NCBI RefSeq assembly: GCF_964188315.1 | Contig: NC_135667.1 | Location: forward strand, 25,792,001-25,856,000 | Direction of reading: 5' to 3' | Length of the DNA stretch: 64,000 bases | Origin: Podarcis muralis | Lineage: Eukaryota | In this document: in pieces, positions 23,647 through 35,998 of the stretch | Layout: each line of letters opens with the position of its first letter | Position numbering within the stretch: position 1 is the stretch's first letter | The notes under the pieces: model-generated | What the model was told of the DNA's origin: nothing | What the model saw: the letters and a program-made list of their open reading frames with translations, nothing else | Database searches by the model: none | Made by a program: the position numbers and the translations under genes

Positions 23647-25034
23647 AAGTGCAACATTGTAAAAGGGTTTCCTTTTTTAGGGAATGGGTGTGAAGCAACA
23701 TACCTATTTTCTTCTCTTTCTCCCCTTCCCTCTTCCTCCTTCCCTCTAGTATTTGTAGTCATATTTAATATATAGGAATGTAAAACATGAAATACCAATA
23801 TAAATTAATAATCTCATATATTCATATGGAGACAATAAAATATGGTTTAAATAACATTAAGAATACTTATTCAGTGACCTTGTCTGCTATTATATTTACA
23901 GCGTAAAGGGCTGCATAATATCTTGGAATGATAGATTCCAAAAACTATCAAACACATTCTATTTTTCAATAAATTTGTTTCCCCCCCTCCCCTCGTGTTT
24001 TAAAGTCAACATATTTGCTAGTAATTTTGGGGTCCTGGCATCAGCTGCAGAGCTTTGTTGGTTGCACTTTTTCTTTCTCGGGGTTGCTCTGATAAGTCCT
24101 TCCCCCCAAAAGATTTTATGGATAAAATTGCTGCCCTGGAAAAAGCACTGAAATGGCCACCCCAATTTGTTGCAAATGAAGGTGAATTCGATGGCAGGAT
24201 TTATTCAGTGTTTGTACTCCAGAAACTATAATATCTATAGGTTAAGTTGCATTTTTAATAAGTTTATGAAAAATGGTACTGAACTTCAGAGTTGTACTGT
24301 GTGGGAGCCCTCATTAAGCAGTAATTATGGAAACTTTTTTTTCTTTTAGTAAGATTTCAATTTATTCTCCACAACAGCAAACCATGTGTGTTCTCCCATC
24401 CACCACAAAAGCCTATGAGTGACTCTTGTGTGTATTTCAAGTATAAAGTCTAAGAGTTGTTGCAAGGAGAATCCCTGATCTGGACCTTGTGCAGAATAGA
24501 AATGCTACAAAATAAACTGCAAAAATAAACTAACACATTGTTCTTCAACAACTAGCAATGCGGCCCAGTCTTCTTTAAGTTCTTCATACAGTCCAAGGTC
24601 TAGGCTCTCACTGCTCCCAGAGAGAGATCCATACATGCAACTTGTTTGTTCATAACGCTGAGCTGACTGACTTCTTCTCCTGCTGTGAAAATAAAGTGAT
24701 CTCCAGTTCCAAGAGATGGGGCATCAATTAAATTAGACTGGAAAGAAACCTTCACCCCTCCATGCTTCATCACCTACCTAATGCAAACCTCTGCACAGCA
24801 TTTCAAATACAATGAATACAAACATAACATATTATGAACAATAAACTTAAGTTTTTAACATGACACACTGCCCAATGGACTCTGTGTGCATCAGCATGCT
24901 ATCTTGACCCTTATGAGTGGCGGGGCCTATGGAATTATTTCATTCTACTCTGCACCAAGCCAGGCCTTTTTGCTTTTTGAAGTACCGTATGTTTAAGGAA
25001 GTTTTTAAGGCTATCTGTCAAGTACAGTTTAGTT

Positions 25035-25109
25035 GAGATTCCTGCATTGCAGGGGGGTGGACTAGATGAGCCCTGAGGGCTCTTCCAACTCTACAATTCT
25101 ATAATTCTA
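25035..25109 (+). mobile_element. CR1 LINE 3' end
   Basis: ggactagatga...cttccaactctacaattctataattcta, the canonical CR1 terminus with an 8-nt tail repeat. Confidence 0.8.
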
Positions 25110-25898
25110 AATGGCTGTTGTAACATTAAGCACATGATGCTCAGAAAAAACATGCAGTGGAAATATAGCTAACATAGGACAGTTTTTTTAAAAAATGGTT
25201 AGCCTTGCCTTCTCCATCCTGCTAACCACCAGTTGCTCTGGACAACAATTCTTTTCAGCCGACATGTCCCTTGGTCAGGGGTGATAGGAATTATAGTTCA
25301 AATCATCTGGAAGGTATCAGGTTGAGAAATGCTGGTTAGCCCATGTGGCTCTATTGGGCTCTGGGAATTCCTCTGACTTGAGGAACTACGTCTATCCATG
25401 TGTATGAATCATAGGGATTAGCTGATTCAAGGAGCAATTTATGACTGGGCATTGGGATATTTAGCCCCAGGCCTCTGCAGAGATGGGGGGGGCAGTCAGG
25501 TACCCTTGCCCTGCACCTTGGAGAGCTAAGCCATATGAAGGCCCCTGCCAGGGACCAGTTGCTTTTAATGTTTGAGTTTAGAACTTTATTCTAATTTCTT
25601 CTAATTATTCTAAACCGACCATGGGCTTAAGACAAGCCTGTTTGGTCTCAGTCAAAATTCCAACCTTGTTCACTGGCCTCTTGGTCAAGCAGTTTTATAT
25701 TTCACACAGGGGCAGGGAATGGCATATCCAAATTAAGCCAGGTAAGGGATTTAATTTAAGGAAGGAGTGGGGAAAATTAAGGTCTGGGAGCCAAATGTTG
25801 CCTTCCAGGCCTCTCTGTTTTGCATTTGGTACCCACCACAGTCAACTCCTCTTTTGCCAGGCCACATTCCTCACACTCCTTGTGTATTTTTTGCAATA

Positions 25899-26102
25899 CA
25901 GTGGTACCTCGGGTTACAGATGCTTCAAGTTACAGACTAACCCAGAAATAGTACCTCGGGTTAAGGACTTTGCTTCAGGATGAGAACAGAAATTGTGCGG
26001 TGGCAGTGCTGCAGCAGCAGGAGGCCCCATTAGCTAAAGTGGTACCTCAGGTTAAGAACAGACCTCCAGAATGAATTAAGTTCTTAACCCGAGGTACCAC
26101 TG
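25899..26102. mobile_element. Tc1/mariner (Tigger/pogo-like) MITE
   Basis: TIRs CAGTGGTACCTCGG / CCGAGGTACCACTG with TA on both sides; same family as 53267-53509 in the opposite orientation. Confidence 0.92.
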
Positions 26103-26935
26103 TATCCTTGGATATTCCCTGCCTTGCTGGAATGTGTCCTTGCACTCTAATGACACTTGCTTGTTCAGATGGATGGTGGAGATGGGTGTGAGAGTGTGTG
26201 TATCCACTAGGCTACTGTATAAACATAAAATGCATCTCTCCACTCTCTTTTTGCTTCTGACTCTATCTACCACTGCCATGTGCCCCCTCCCTGTTTGCCA
26301 GAATTGAAGATTGCCCACTCCTGAATTAAGATGCTCAGCAGACATCATTAAAGAAAATAAATTTATATATTGCTGATTGCTCCCTGTCCTGTAAATTCCC
26401 CTTGAGTGCAGAATGCACTAGTAATAAGGAGGGGCATCTTGTAATAATCACTATACCAAGGAGAAGCTAATCTTAATGTATAAAAGGCAAGTCACATTCA
26501 AAAGATTCTTTCAGATGTGATAGGTTCCTTTCTGTATTTTCTCCAGTAATATAGTAATAATGGACATGGTTCTGTTAGCATCTGCCTAGAAATATATATT
26601 TGGACCTTGTGATCCAGATTAAGTAGGGTTGTCTCCCTTTGTCTGTTTAGAGAAAGAGACATGAAGGTGGAAAGGAACCTGGCCACATTTAGGAGGTTTC
26701 AATTAACATGTTTCTTGATATTTTGACTTTCAGTGTCACCCACATTTCTTTCTTCAGGCTAAGTACTGCCATATATTAAATGAAAGAACAGCAGAAAGAA
26801 TCACAAAGGAGATATTAGATAGTATGGGTAAGACTATCCAACATGACAAAACAAATTCTATAGATGAAGAACTTCTAATGAAATTATGTGTTGGTTGCTG
26901 AAACGTTGGACAAAATTAACCTATGTGAATCAGTC

Positions 26936-26953
26936 ATGACTACCCAATTAAAG
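26936..26953 (+). CDS. Predicted upstream coding part (MTTQLK) of the OR at 27326, at the end of a likely exon 26758-26953
   Basis: ATG ACT ACC CAA TTA AAG|GTATGT, a phase-0 donor in frame with ttttttacag|GTG CAG at 27326. A strong acceptor ttctttcttcag| lies at 26757. Confidence 0.6.
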
Positions 26954-27325
26954 GTATGTGGCCTTTTACTCTCTTTTGAAATATATAAAATGCATGCAAT
27001 ATAGTACTTAACAATGCTTAGAATTACAAGGGTGCAAGGCTGCTGGAGGTGTGAGTTAGATAGAGAAATGGAAATTTGGCAGGTTGGATTTCTAATGCAG
27101 ATATTGTAGTTCCATTAGTTGGAAACAGGAAACGCATATTCCATTTGAGAAATGAAATTATCATTGTTGGAACTATAAACTCTTGCAAAAACTAGCCAGG
27201 TTAAAAGTTGATGCAGCTGAACAATTATCATATGGAGAACAAAAGAAATGTGCTCCTTTTGAAGTGCTAAGATCCAAGATATAAAAACCATTCAATTTTG
27301 CCATGAACTTGTTTCTTTTTTACAG

Positions 27326-28303
27326 GTGCAGTTATATGAAAATAAAGAACAGCTAAATCATACACATGTAACTGAATTTATTCTTCTGGGCTTTGGAGAT
27401 CACCACCAGCTACTGCTGATTCTTCTTTTCCTTTTGTTTCTTTTTATCTACATTGTGACAATGGCTGGGAACATCCTCATCATTTTACTAGTTGCCACTG
27501 ACCGACACCTTCACACCCCAATGTACTTCTTCCTTGGCAACCTCTCATGCTTGGAGACCTTCTGCAGCTCAAACATCTTGCCAAGAATGTTATCCAGTTT
27601 CCTTACGGGAAGGAAAGTGATTTCAGTCAATGCATGTTTTGTGCAACATTACTTCTTTGGTTTTTTTGGAGGTGTGGAATGCTACTTATTATCAGCAATG
27701 TCCTATGACCGGTACTTAGCTATATGTAAACCTCTCCATTATGTCACCATGATGAATGGCAAATTGTGTTTCCAACTCATAGTCAGCTCTTGGTTTAGTG
27801 GTTTTCTGTCAATTACTATGACAACGATTATCATGTCCAAGTTAGTTTTCTGTGGTGACAATAAAATCGACCATTTCTTTTGTGACACCTTCCCCATCAT
27901 AGAACTATTTTGTGGTGACACTAGCACGTTAAAATGGTATATATATGTTTTATGCTCTGTATTCACCTTTCCCCCGTCTATATTGACCTTCACATCATAT
28001 ACTTTCATAATTATAGCCATAATGAAAATCCCTTCTGCAACCGGAAAACAAAAAGCATTTTCTACCTGTTCCTCTCATCTCTTGGTAGTTACAATTTTCT
28101 ATGGCACACTGATGGCTGTCTATGTGATTCCAAACACTGACAGACTGAATGCCCTTCACAAAGTCTTCTCTATCTGTTATACCATCCTGACTCCCATGAT
28201 CAATCCCATCATATATAGTTTAAGAAATAAAGAAGTAAAGGAAGCAGTGAGGAGACATATCTCATTCCTAGTAGTGCAAAATGAGAAGAAAAGACAGACT
28301 TAA
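27326..28303 (+). CDS. Olfactory receptor (class II), main coding exon (325 codons, begins GTG after an acceptor)
   Basis: NHT, LHTPMYFFLGNLS, MSYDRYLAICKPLHY, KAFSTCSSHL, PIIYSLRNKEV. There is no in-frame ATG before TM1 within this exon. Confidence 0.93.
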   Translation: MQLYENKEQLNHTHVTEFILLGFGDHHQLLLILLFLLFLFIYIVTMAGNILIILLVATDRHLHTPMYFFLGNLSCLETFCSSNILPRMLSSFLTGRKVISVNACFVQHYFFGFFGGVECYLLSAMSYDRYLAICKPLHYVTMMNGKLCFQLIVSSWFSGFLSITMTTIIMSKLVFCGDNKIDHFFCDTFPIIELFCGDTSTLKWYIYVLCSVFTFPPSILTFTSYTFIIIAIMKIPSATGKQKAFSTCSSHLLVVTIFYGTLMAVYVIPNTDRLNALHKVFSICYTILTPMINPIIYSLRNKEVKEAVRRHISFLVVQNEKKRQT

Positions 28304-28417
28304 GATTTGCTAAAGGTGTTGCTTTCTCAAAAGTGACTTCAAATTTGATAGCATCACTAAACATATATGCTTTCATTTTTATAGATAAATGTGCTCCTTT
28401 TTTGTGCACATTAGAAC

Positions 28418-28418
<1 letters not shown>

Positions 28419-28460
<42 letters not shown>
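28419..28460. repeat. (AC)n microsatellite
   Basis: About 21 units. Confidence 0.98.
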
Positions 28461-28469
<9 letters not shown>

Positions 28470-30263
28470 GAATGTGGAATGCCAGAATCTGGACTAGTTC
28501 CATCCCAAATTTAGCAAATTTCTAGCCTCCTTCCACAGGCTGAATCTGGCTAGAGAACCACAGAAATACCTGGGTAGGCCTTGCTCTATATTTTCAGTCA
28601 GGAGAGAGGTACAAGTTTATAAGAAACTACATTTTCTTTCCCAGGAATCATGCATCTCACACACACAACTAAACTTTGATGCTTTCACTTGGTTACTGTT
28701 AGATCAGAATTGTATGTGGGATTTTTCTAATCTTTTCTTCATTACCTTTTATCCTCCTGTTTTACCTTTCATTTTTGTCTTTGCCTCTCCCTCTCTCCCC
28801 TTGACCCCAAATCCTCTCCTGTCCTGGGAACTCAAGGTCTCTAACTTTTGCAATATTCCTACAATTCGCAGAGCTTTTTATATATGTGAAGTACATTTGT
28901 AATTGCTATGTAATCATATTGTAACAATGTTGTTGATGATGACAATGATAACAGTAGTACAGTAGTCACTCAATCATTTAATATTGATTAAGAACATGTA
29001 TCTTGTTTTGATCACAATTTGTATGTGTATTTTTGCAACAAGTTCGCCTTTGGTGGGAATTAAGACTAATTTTTTTGGTGGGGTGTGCATGTGTGGTTTA
29101 CCTTTTGTAGTTGTGGTATATATTTATCTTGGATTTAATGTTTTGTTGAGTGTTGTGTGTTAATTTTGGGTATTAATTTAGACTATTGGTGCCATTGAAC
29201 AGGGGAAAATTAGCAACTTAAAAAAAATACAGGGCTGAAATGTACATCTTGCAGACTGAGGTGTCTGAAAACAGATATGTTTTGCTTCCTTCCTGAAGAG
29301 ATACAAAAATAGAGCAGATTTTTGTATCTCTTCGGGGAGATTCCACATCCACAGAGTAAATGAATTATAATGATATCATAACTTCAGATGATGTTGGCAC
29401 ATGGAACGAGGACTGGAGAATGTAAACAACAGTTGGGTGTATCTGGGTAGAGGCAATCTGTCAGTTGTTTTAGTTTGGTTTGACCTGTATCAAGCTTAAA
29501 ACAAAAGAATTTACCACAGTTCACCTGGTTCTTCTGGGTGAAATTAGTTGTCTATCTACCTTTCAATTACTGAAGCACCTGGGTAAATTCCCTCATGCCC
29601 CATATTCAGCTGAGGATCATCAGAATTATAGCAATGAAGGGATGTATTAAGAAAAAATGTTGCAGTGAAAGTGGCTAGGAGTACTTAAGTGAAGCTATAA
29701 ATAAGACCACCCTTTGGCCTGACCTGACATTTCTACCTCAGATACCTAACTCCTAAGTGAGATTGTATTGTTTTATAAGGAAGATGGTTTATATTGAGAT
29801 TATCTAGTTCATGTGTGGAATATGTTTTTCTAGCCTTCTCAAATCACTTCTTGACAAAATTCTTTGCATGTTCCACCTGGACCTCTGAGTTGGTCTTGAA
29901 ATTTTATTTTTGGTGAAGCAGGTGGCAGCACAGAGGTATGAGGCACCTCTGAAAAAATATCCACTCATTTTAACCCTCCACCCTCTTCAAAATTCCTTGA
30001 ATATTTCGCAGGGAACACCAAATTCTTCTCAAACACCTTTCCCATTTGTGTCCAATTCAGAAGGCAGATAGAGAGATAGATTGGAATGTATCTTCATCTG
30101 GAGGTTTTCTTCTATTACTTACTTCCTCAGTCTAGGCATGCATCAAAAATCCTTGTTCTTCCTCTCTCTTATTCAGTCAATCCTTTTTCTAAAGGCCTTA
30201 CTTTCTTATCATAGCCCTGGGATACATGTGAAGGAAACATGCCCTGGCAGACATTGTTCTGAA

Positions 30264-30481
30264 ATGTTCATGATGCTCTCTCTGGTATTCCTTTCACTGC
30301 TGTTTCCAAATGTGGTAGGGAAGGAAACCCACTTTAAGTGTATACTTGAACACCGCTACCCAGAGGGGTACCATAAAGATGGGGATTTCATTATTGGTGC
30401 ACTTGTATCTCAGTTCCTTACATGGGAAAAGCTAGAGAGATTTGATATTCAGCCTCCTCTTGCTTACTCATTAGATCCATA
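30264..30481 (+). CDS. Vomeronasal type-2 receptor (V2R) exon 1 (signal peptide, start of Venus-flytrap domain)
   Basis: MFMMLSLVFLSLLFPNVVG signal peptide, YHKDGDFIIGALVSQF motif, phase-2 donor TA|GTAAGT at 30482. Confidence 0.88.
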
Positions 30482-31028
30482 GTAAGTCACTCTTCTTCCT
30501 TTAAATGTGTTAAAGCTGTTTCAAATATGTTGTGAAATGCTTCTTATAAAAAGTTCATTTATTTCAATAAAGATGAATCCCTGTAAGGTTTTTTGTGTGT
30601 GTGTGTTTGGTGGGTATACAGACATGGTTCTTCATATTCTTCACACATACTTGAATACATATACAAAAATATTTAAATAAGGGCTAAACTGGGAAGAATT
30701 TTTTTTAAATCTTCAGCAATTACATATATTTTCCCCAAACTACTCAATGATCACTCCAAACCAAGCTGGTATTTCTGTCCATTCCACACATTACGCAGAA
30801 GTAAACCTTGGTTTGCCTGTGAATGTTTACTCAACAGCTGCCAACAGTTGTGATTTCAATGGGGTGTACTTATGATTCAGTTCTATGCATTTTGTTATGA
30901 TTACTGCATTTTTTATAAGTAGTTTCTTGCAATTACTCTTGAAATTAAATTTTGCAGTGTGTGTGCATGTGTGGTGGTAATGGAATACTGCATCTTCTGT
31001 GCATTTACGGAATTAATTCTCATTGCAG

Positions 31029-31320
31029 TCCCTTGACTCGCAATTATCAACATGTTCTTGCCTTGGTCTATGCAGTAGAGGAGATAAACAAGAACCCCAA
31101 TCTGCTATCCAACATGACTCTGGGATTTCACACCCATGAAAACTATTTCAATGCAAGGAAAACATATGAATGTTCATTAAGTATCATTTCAGGAAGAGGC
31201 AGAGCAGTTCCCAACTACACCTGCAGGAAACAGAACAACTTAATAGCTGTTATTGGAGGGCTAAAGTCCATGTCATCCATTCAGATGTCAACTATCTTAG
31301 GTTTATACAAGATACCACAG
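31029..31320 (+). CDS. V2R exon 2 (292 bp)
   Basis: tgcag|T CCC; LTRNYQHVLALVYAVEEINKNPNLLSNMTLGF...VPNYTC...AVIGG...LYKIPQ|GTGTGT. Confidence 0.93.
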
Positions 31321-31522
31321 GTGTGTATATTGGGAGAGACTTTCATGATAGAACATTCAGACATCCAGATCTTCTTTTGGCATATTATTTATTTTTATAT
31401 GTGAGCACGCTTTCACCACCAATAGGAAGGATGTTGGGATGTAAATTAATACGGAAATGTGTGATACTTTGTTTGTGACTCTCAGTGAAAAGGTTACTTG
31501 TCTTCTTTTCCCCTCATTTTAG

Positions 31523-32338
31523 ATCAGCTATGGATCATCTGATGAAGTATTGAGAAGTAAAACCCTTTCCCCATTTTTCTACCGGACTGTCCCAAATGAA
31601 GGTCTTCAGACCTTAGGAATAACCAAATTAGTTTTGCACTTTGGTTGGACCTGGGTTGGCCTCATAGCATCTTATAATGATCAAGGTGAAACCTTTGTCC
31701 TGAACTTGAAGAAGGAATTTGTCCAAAAGGGTGTGTGCATTGAATTTACAGAAATGCTTCCAAAAATGCTTGATAATACTATGCATGTAAAAAATAAAAT
31801 AATTAAGTCATCCTCCAGTATCATTGTGGTGTATGGAGATACAGATTTTCTCATCTGGGTAAAGATAACTATTGAAAGTTCTGCAGTTTCAGGGAAGGTT
31901 TTAATCATCACATCCCAATGGGACTTCCTATCTAGTGTCTCTTATTTGCATATGGGATTTTCTTCCTTCAGTGGCACCTTGTCATTTGCTCTCCATAAAC
32001 ATGAAATTGTGGGATTTCGCCATTTTCTTCAGAACATAACCCTCAGCAAATACCCAGATGATGTCTTTCTGCCACATTTTTGGGGGGCTGCATTCAGATG
32101 TTTCATTCCATCACTAGATTCAGGCAGCATGTTTTGGCAACTATGTACTGGAAATGAAAGGATTAAGGATTTGCCTAAGTACAAATTTGATTTGCAAACA
32201 TTGGACTTGAGCTACAATATATACAAAGCTGTTTATGCCATCGCAAAATCTTTACATGAAATGTATTCATCCAGATACATCTCAACAAAGATGGAGAACA
32301 GATCAAGACCAAAGATGCATAAAGTTAAACCATGGAAG
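31523..32338 (+). CDS. V2R exon 3 (816 bp)
   Basis: ttttag|ISYGS...FYRTVPNE...HFGWTWVGLI...CTGNE...SYNIYKAVYAIAKSLHEM...KPWK|GTAGTA. Confidence 0.93.
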
Positions 32339-33091
32339 GTAGTAAGAATATTTACTTTCTACTTATTTAAGGTTATGAGCAATTGCTGCTAGCTTCTGTT
32401 TCCACTAAAGAAAAGTATGTCTCGGGATGGATCTGTGTTAACAAAGGAATATTATTATTCAAGGTTTCCATTTCCTGAGAAATTGAAAGATGAATGACAG
32501 CAATGATGGTCTCCCGCTTAAAGAAGGGGCAACCAAATTTTCAGTTTTCAAAAAACCCACCTGTTCCCACCAATGAAACAATTCAGTTGCAGTTGCACTT
32601 TCTACTACTTGCTTTAGTGTGTTCTTGTTAGTCAGATTACTATTGTTCTTCAAACTGTTTTTCCAGTGGCGGCAATCGTGGCTCTGCGTGGCCATGGGAA
32701 AACCAGGGGTTCTCACCTGCATGACCACCAGCAGCAATAACAGCTTTTACCAGTAGCAGGGACTTCTGGGACATCTCTCCAAACTTCAGATTGGCCAATA
32801 GTGAGTGTGGTTTGGGAGATGAACCTGAGGGAGCTAGTCTCCACTCAGATCCATCGCCGTTGCATGAATTCTTGCTGTGCTTTGAGTGGCCAGCACAGTC
32901 AACACTCTGTATCTTTTGGCCCTGCACAAAGGCTAGTAGACAGTGCTCCAGCACAGCCTTGCTGTGGAATTAATCAGTTGCTGTATTAAGGGCCAGGGAG
33001 GAATTTTCCTGCAGACAAATTAAGCCTGTCTGGAGTTTTTGCCTACCTCATAGTAACAGTCACAACTTTTGGCAGAAAAGGCATTGGGTTG

Positions 33092-33526
33092 TGTCAGTGA
33101 AGCTCAGATGCTGACAGTAGAAGAAGAACCAGGCATAGAGAGAGAACAGTTAACTGCAGAAGACAGAGAGGAGGGGGAGATCAGATGTAATCTGAGCTCT
33201 GAACAAAGGGGAGACAAAAGACAGGGCCAAAGTGACAGGCGGCTGTGTGAGAGATCCAATAGTGAGTTAGATGTTGGAATGCAGGAAGCATTCTCTCCCA
33301 AATCTCGCAGGATCTCAAAAGTGGCTGAGATGTGTGAAAGATACTGCAAAAGAAGGTCGGGGCTTTCGTGTTGGGGAAGGGGGAGGAGCTCAGTCTGGGC
33401 AACTCCGTCTTCTGGGGAGGATGATGAGTAGAGGAGCTCTGTTCTAATTTGTTGTTTTAGCAATAAATCTGAAATAATTAACAGCCAGAGTCGTCTTGCA
33501 TTTGTGGGAGAGACCAAGCCATAACA
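33092..33526 (+). mobile_element. Solo LTR in V2R intron 3
   Basis: TGTCAG...ATAACA termini, 5-bp TSD GGTTG (33087-33091, 33527-33531), AATAAA near the 3' end. Confidence 0.8.
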
Positions 33527-33719
33527 GGTTGGATCCTTAGTCAAAACTGCAACAAAATGTTAAGGGTACTCTGGTGAAGGGGTCCATGATAAAAGTTTTG
33601 ATGATTAGCCCCAGATGGGGGCTAATGGGAAATAAAACATCCCAAATCATGGCCTGCAATACTACTCTGTCCATGTGTTTCAATTAACTGGAGAGATCAT
33701 GCTCATGGTCCCACAACTG

Positions 33720-33990
33720 GGGGTGGCTCATTGAGTGATTACAAAAGACAGGGCCTTTCCAGTGGTGACCCTCGGTCTCTGGAATTCCATCCTTGAGGAA
33801 ATATGGATAGCCTGTCATTGGTGGCATTTAGAAGCCAGTTAAAGTTTTATCCATTCGCTTGGGCCTTTAAGACCCAGTAGTTGAAAATGCTTGAAAACTT
33901 TTTCCAAGTTTGTGTTTTTAGAGTCTTAATGGTGTTATGAATGCTTTGTGATGATGTTTTTAATTACATTGTTCCCAACTTGGAGGACTT
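33720..33990 (+). mobile_element. L2/CR1-clade LINE 3' fragment
   Basis: KDRAFPVVTLGLWNSI (cf. RAFSV.AP.LWN.LP, the RT C-terminus) followed by a T-rich 3' UTR. Confidence 0.6.
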
Positions 33991-34569
33991 GCAGTATACA
34001 CATAAAAGCAAATCATACATAAAAATTATTACCCTTACTTCCTGTTACAAAAACACACACCAGAAGAACCACATTGTCTTCAAAAATGACTTTAAAAATA
34101 ACAATAGCTTGCATCCAGACTAAATTAGTTGTACTTAGTTCCCACCAAAATCAATAGGATTTAACATTAGTCATGATTAAAATATCACATTGATTTCATA
34201 TTGACTCAAGTTTGGGTGTAATCCAATATTTGTATTCCACATTTGAAATTAACCAAACAATTACTTTGGCTTGCCAGGTAACTTGGTTCAACAGCTGTGG
34301 ATCCATCACCGTGAAAGCCCTACTCTGAGCACAAGAAGAGTCCATGTCTAAAAATGAAAGTGCCCAGAGTCAGGCTTCTGCAGCATAGTTCATAACTTTA
34401 TTACTCCAAGCATGTATACAGAAGATGTCTGTACAGGTCTAATGTTTTTATTATTTGGGATATGAATGCAAAAAATGCTATTGCAGTATATTAAAAAATG
34501 TTGCTTGCATTTGAGCAAAAAATATTGACCATTGTGCATTTCCTTCTTTTAATTGATCATGCTATGCAG

Positions 34570-34800
34570 CTGCATCCTTTTCTGAAGGAAGTCAGATATC
34601 ATATTACTGCAACAGACGATGTCTTTTTTGATGAGAGGGGGGAATCAACATCTGGATATGACATTCTCAATTGGTTTACCCTACCAAACGATACCTTAAT
34701 TAACAGGAAAGTTGGTAGAGTCTACATGCACCATCCATCAATTGAACCATTTTTCTTTATAAATTCAACAGGAATTGTTTGGCAAAAGAATTTCAAGAAA
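34570..34800 (+). CDS. V2R exon 4 (231 bp)
   Basis: atgcag|LHPFLKEV...FDERGESTSGYDILNW...KVGR...IVWQKNFKK|GTAAGA. Confidence 0.93.
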
Positions 34801-35117
34801 GTAAGAATTGCTATGGGGTTGTTGTTGTGGGTTTTTTGTTTTGTTTTTTATTTTAATCACTGATAATTAATATAATATACTACTATTCACTAGCAATTTC
34901 TCCCCCTACCACACTAAGTAGTAATTTCATACATCTTTACATCTTTTAAATTGAATGCAATTGTAGATGATAATCAGAAAATCTGTCTATTTCTGCTCCA
35001 TCATACTTTTGCATTTCTTTAAAGTATATTCGCTCAAAATATGTATTTAAATATGGAAAAAATATACACCTGCCCCATACTTTCTGTCTTGACTGACGTG
35101 AATCAGCAGGGCTTGAG

Positions 35118-35180
35118 ATAGAATCATAGTTGGAAGGGATTCCATGGGCCATCTAGTCAAACCCCCTGAAATGCAGGAAT
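35118..35180 (-). mobile_element. CR1 LINE 3' end
   Basis: atagaatcatagttggaaggg...catctagtcaaacccc is the reverse complement of the CR1 terminus. Confidence 0.75.
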
Positions 35181-35658
35181 GCAGTGGTTTTAAACTCTGA
35201 CTGAACATGGAGTCAGGAAGATGGGGAGAAGGAGACACTGCATCTCCTTTTGTCCCTCTCAACCACATGTTTAATTAGGTTTTCAAGCTTATTTAAGTGT
35301 TAGGCCTCCCTAGGGCTTGGTTCCAGGATAAATCAGGGCTGATAGGAAGCCCTGGATCAGCCCCAAAATCAGAATGGGAGTCCTGTGTGCAGCTTCAATA
35401 AATGCACATTGCATTTGACCCATGGAAATGTCCACAAATATACAGATTCCCAGTAAAGTACAAAAGAATAAAAAATACATCTGCAGCCTTCATTTGAGCC
35501 ATTTATTTTGTTTTCCCAGATATATAAAGTTTGCTTATATTCACAAAAAGCATAAGGTCTTTCAGTAATCTCTTTCACATGCTGACATGAACCATTGCTT
35601 TCCCCCATCATTTTTGTGAATCTCTATTCTATTTTTTCCCTATATAAATAAAACATAT

Positions 35659-35990
35659 TTTTATTAAAGATTTCTTGGTTTACAAAAATATGTGCAATGT
35701 CTCTTTTTTCAAGTTACATTTTCTACAGATCAGTTTCATTTGTTGAGACATTAATGTTACCTGAGGAAGAAAAGGGGGAAAGAGGTGGGGGGGGGCATGG
35801 TGAGTGGGGGTGGGGTCGGGTGGCAATGTTTCTATTCTACTTAACATATGTGTGAGGTTTTGTGTCAGCGTTGCTTGTGTGGGTTTTCTTTACTATTCGC
35901 TTGTGTTCCTTTGGTTGTGAGAGAGGTTGGGGTTGGCCTAAGGTGTGGTTGTTTGTTTGTGATTGGCTGTGGTGAACTTCGTTTTCATGT
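35659..35990 (-). mobile_element. Probable L1-like LINE 3' UTR, antisense in V2R intron 4
   Basis: Antisense T-run with TTTATT at the left end, G-rich tract, GT-rich body; family assignment from memory, no TSD found. Confidence 0.4.
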
Positions 35991-35998
35991 TGTTTTAG

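Noticed and set aside
23041-23775. 188-aa minus ORF and 135-aa plus ORF
   Set aside because: They are antisense and alternate frames of the BovB fragment, not separate genes.
33069-33544. 120-aa and 146-aa ORFs in V2R intron 3
   Set aside because: They lie within the solo LTR, have low-complexity composition and show no domain motifs.
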